Positions 59,181 to 60,000 of a stretch of DNA of 60,000 nt are shown in pieces; the first letter of the stretch is position 1; the number at the start of each line of letters is the position of its first letter. Origin of the DNA: Vicugna vicugna (lineage: Eukaryota); the NCBI GenBank assembly GCA_013265495.1, contig MU057989.1, positions 1,505,513-1,565,512 of the forward strand, in the 5' to 3' direction. Under the pieces are notes generated by a model. It was not told the origin of the DNA, did no database searches, and saw only the letters and a list, made by a program, of their open reading frames with translations. The translations under genes and the position numbers were made by a program.

Positions 59181-60000
59181 CTGCGCACAGACACAGATCT
59201 GCCCACCAGCTCCCAGGAAGGGAGGAAGCCCACAGGGTTCCCAGTCCCTCCTGTCTCAAGCACCCAGGCCATCCTGTTCCCAGGCTGTCCCTTACCACCT
59301 GGGCTGCCTCATCGTGTTTAATGGCCCCTGCAGCCCTCCGTACGTCTCCATCCAGCCAGCCTCCAGGGAGAAGGCATGTGAGCTGGGAAAGGGTCAGGCT
59401 TCCAACCTGGGGGAAAGGAGGCCTGCTCCACTCCCGAGACTTGGCAGTCTCTCTGCAGTCTCTCCCCGTCATTCTCTTTCAGTGTCAGTGTCACACTCTC
59501 ACCCTTCCTTCCTTGGTGCTCCCAAAAGACCTGAGCCAGAAGGGTCCCAAATCAGGTCTTGTTTTGGAAATTCAAGTTATTGTACTTACTACGTTTTCTG
59601 AAATTGTCTACAGGCCCTCTGGAGTTATCTGTTTCCTAATTCCAGAGAAGGTAAACGAGATGTGCTTGGATCTGAATTTACTGAGCTCTGCAATAGTTCT
59701 TTGTACAAGACACATCCCCAGGGAGCCATAAGGTGAAGGCCAGGGACCCTATCTCAGGCTCAATGTTCTACATCTCTGAGAGGAGACAGTCCCCAGAGGT
59801 TATGGGGTGCACAGTGACAGAGGGAAGTCATGTCAGGAACCCCAAATGTCAAGGCTGGAGGGGCTGAGCAGAGCTCCCAGGTTCTTGCTGGCCACCATGA
59901 CAGCAGGATTTGCTTATTGCACTCAACTCACCTTGTGGTCCAGTTTTGGGAGGGGGGTGTAGGGGGCTCTGTCTGTCCTGCCACATGCAAAAAGACAGCA

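Overview
This is mammalian genomic DNA, not prokaryotic. It is probably a camelid (alpaca or camel), judged from tRNA-derived SINEs resembling Vic-1. The window matches the conserved gene block of human 16p13.3. It contains the 3' half of MGRN1 (+), complete NUDT16L1/TIRR (+, 211 aa), complete ANKS3 (-, 15 coding exons, 657 aa), DNAAF8/C16orf71 (+, 8 coding exons, 485 aa, head-to-head with ANKS3 across a CpG island) and the last four coding exons of ZNF500 (-). I placed all exons by hand from GT-AG sites and phase arithmetic; gene identities come from recalled protein similarity, not a database search. Introns hold many L1, SINE, LTR and DNA-transposon remnants whose boundaries and subfamilies are approximate. 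I found no evidence of a wholly new multi-gene system. The best leads are RNA-processing and regulatory: a candidate 18-nt in-frame microexon in MGRN1, a candidate poison or terminal exon in MGRN1, introns starting just after the stop codon in three genes, RFX X-box-like sites in the ANKS3/DNAAF8 promoter, a MER20-derived minisatellite and multi-layer nested retroelements.
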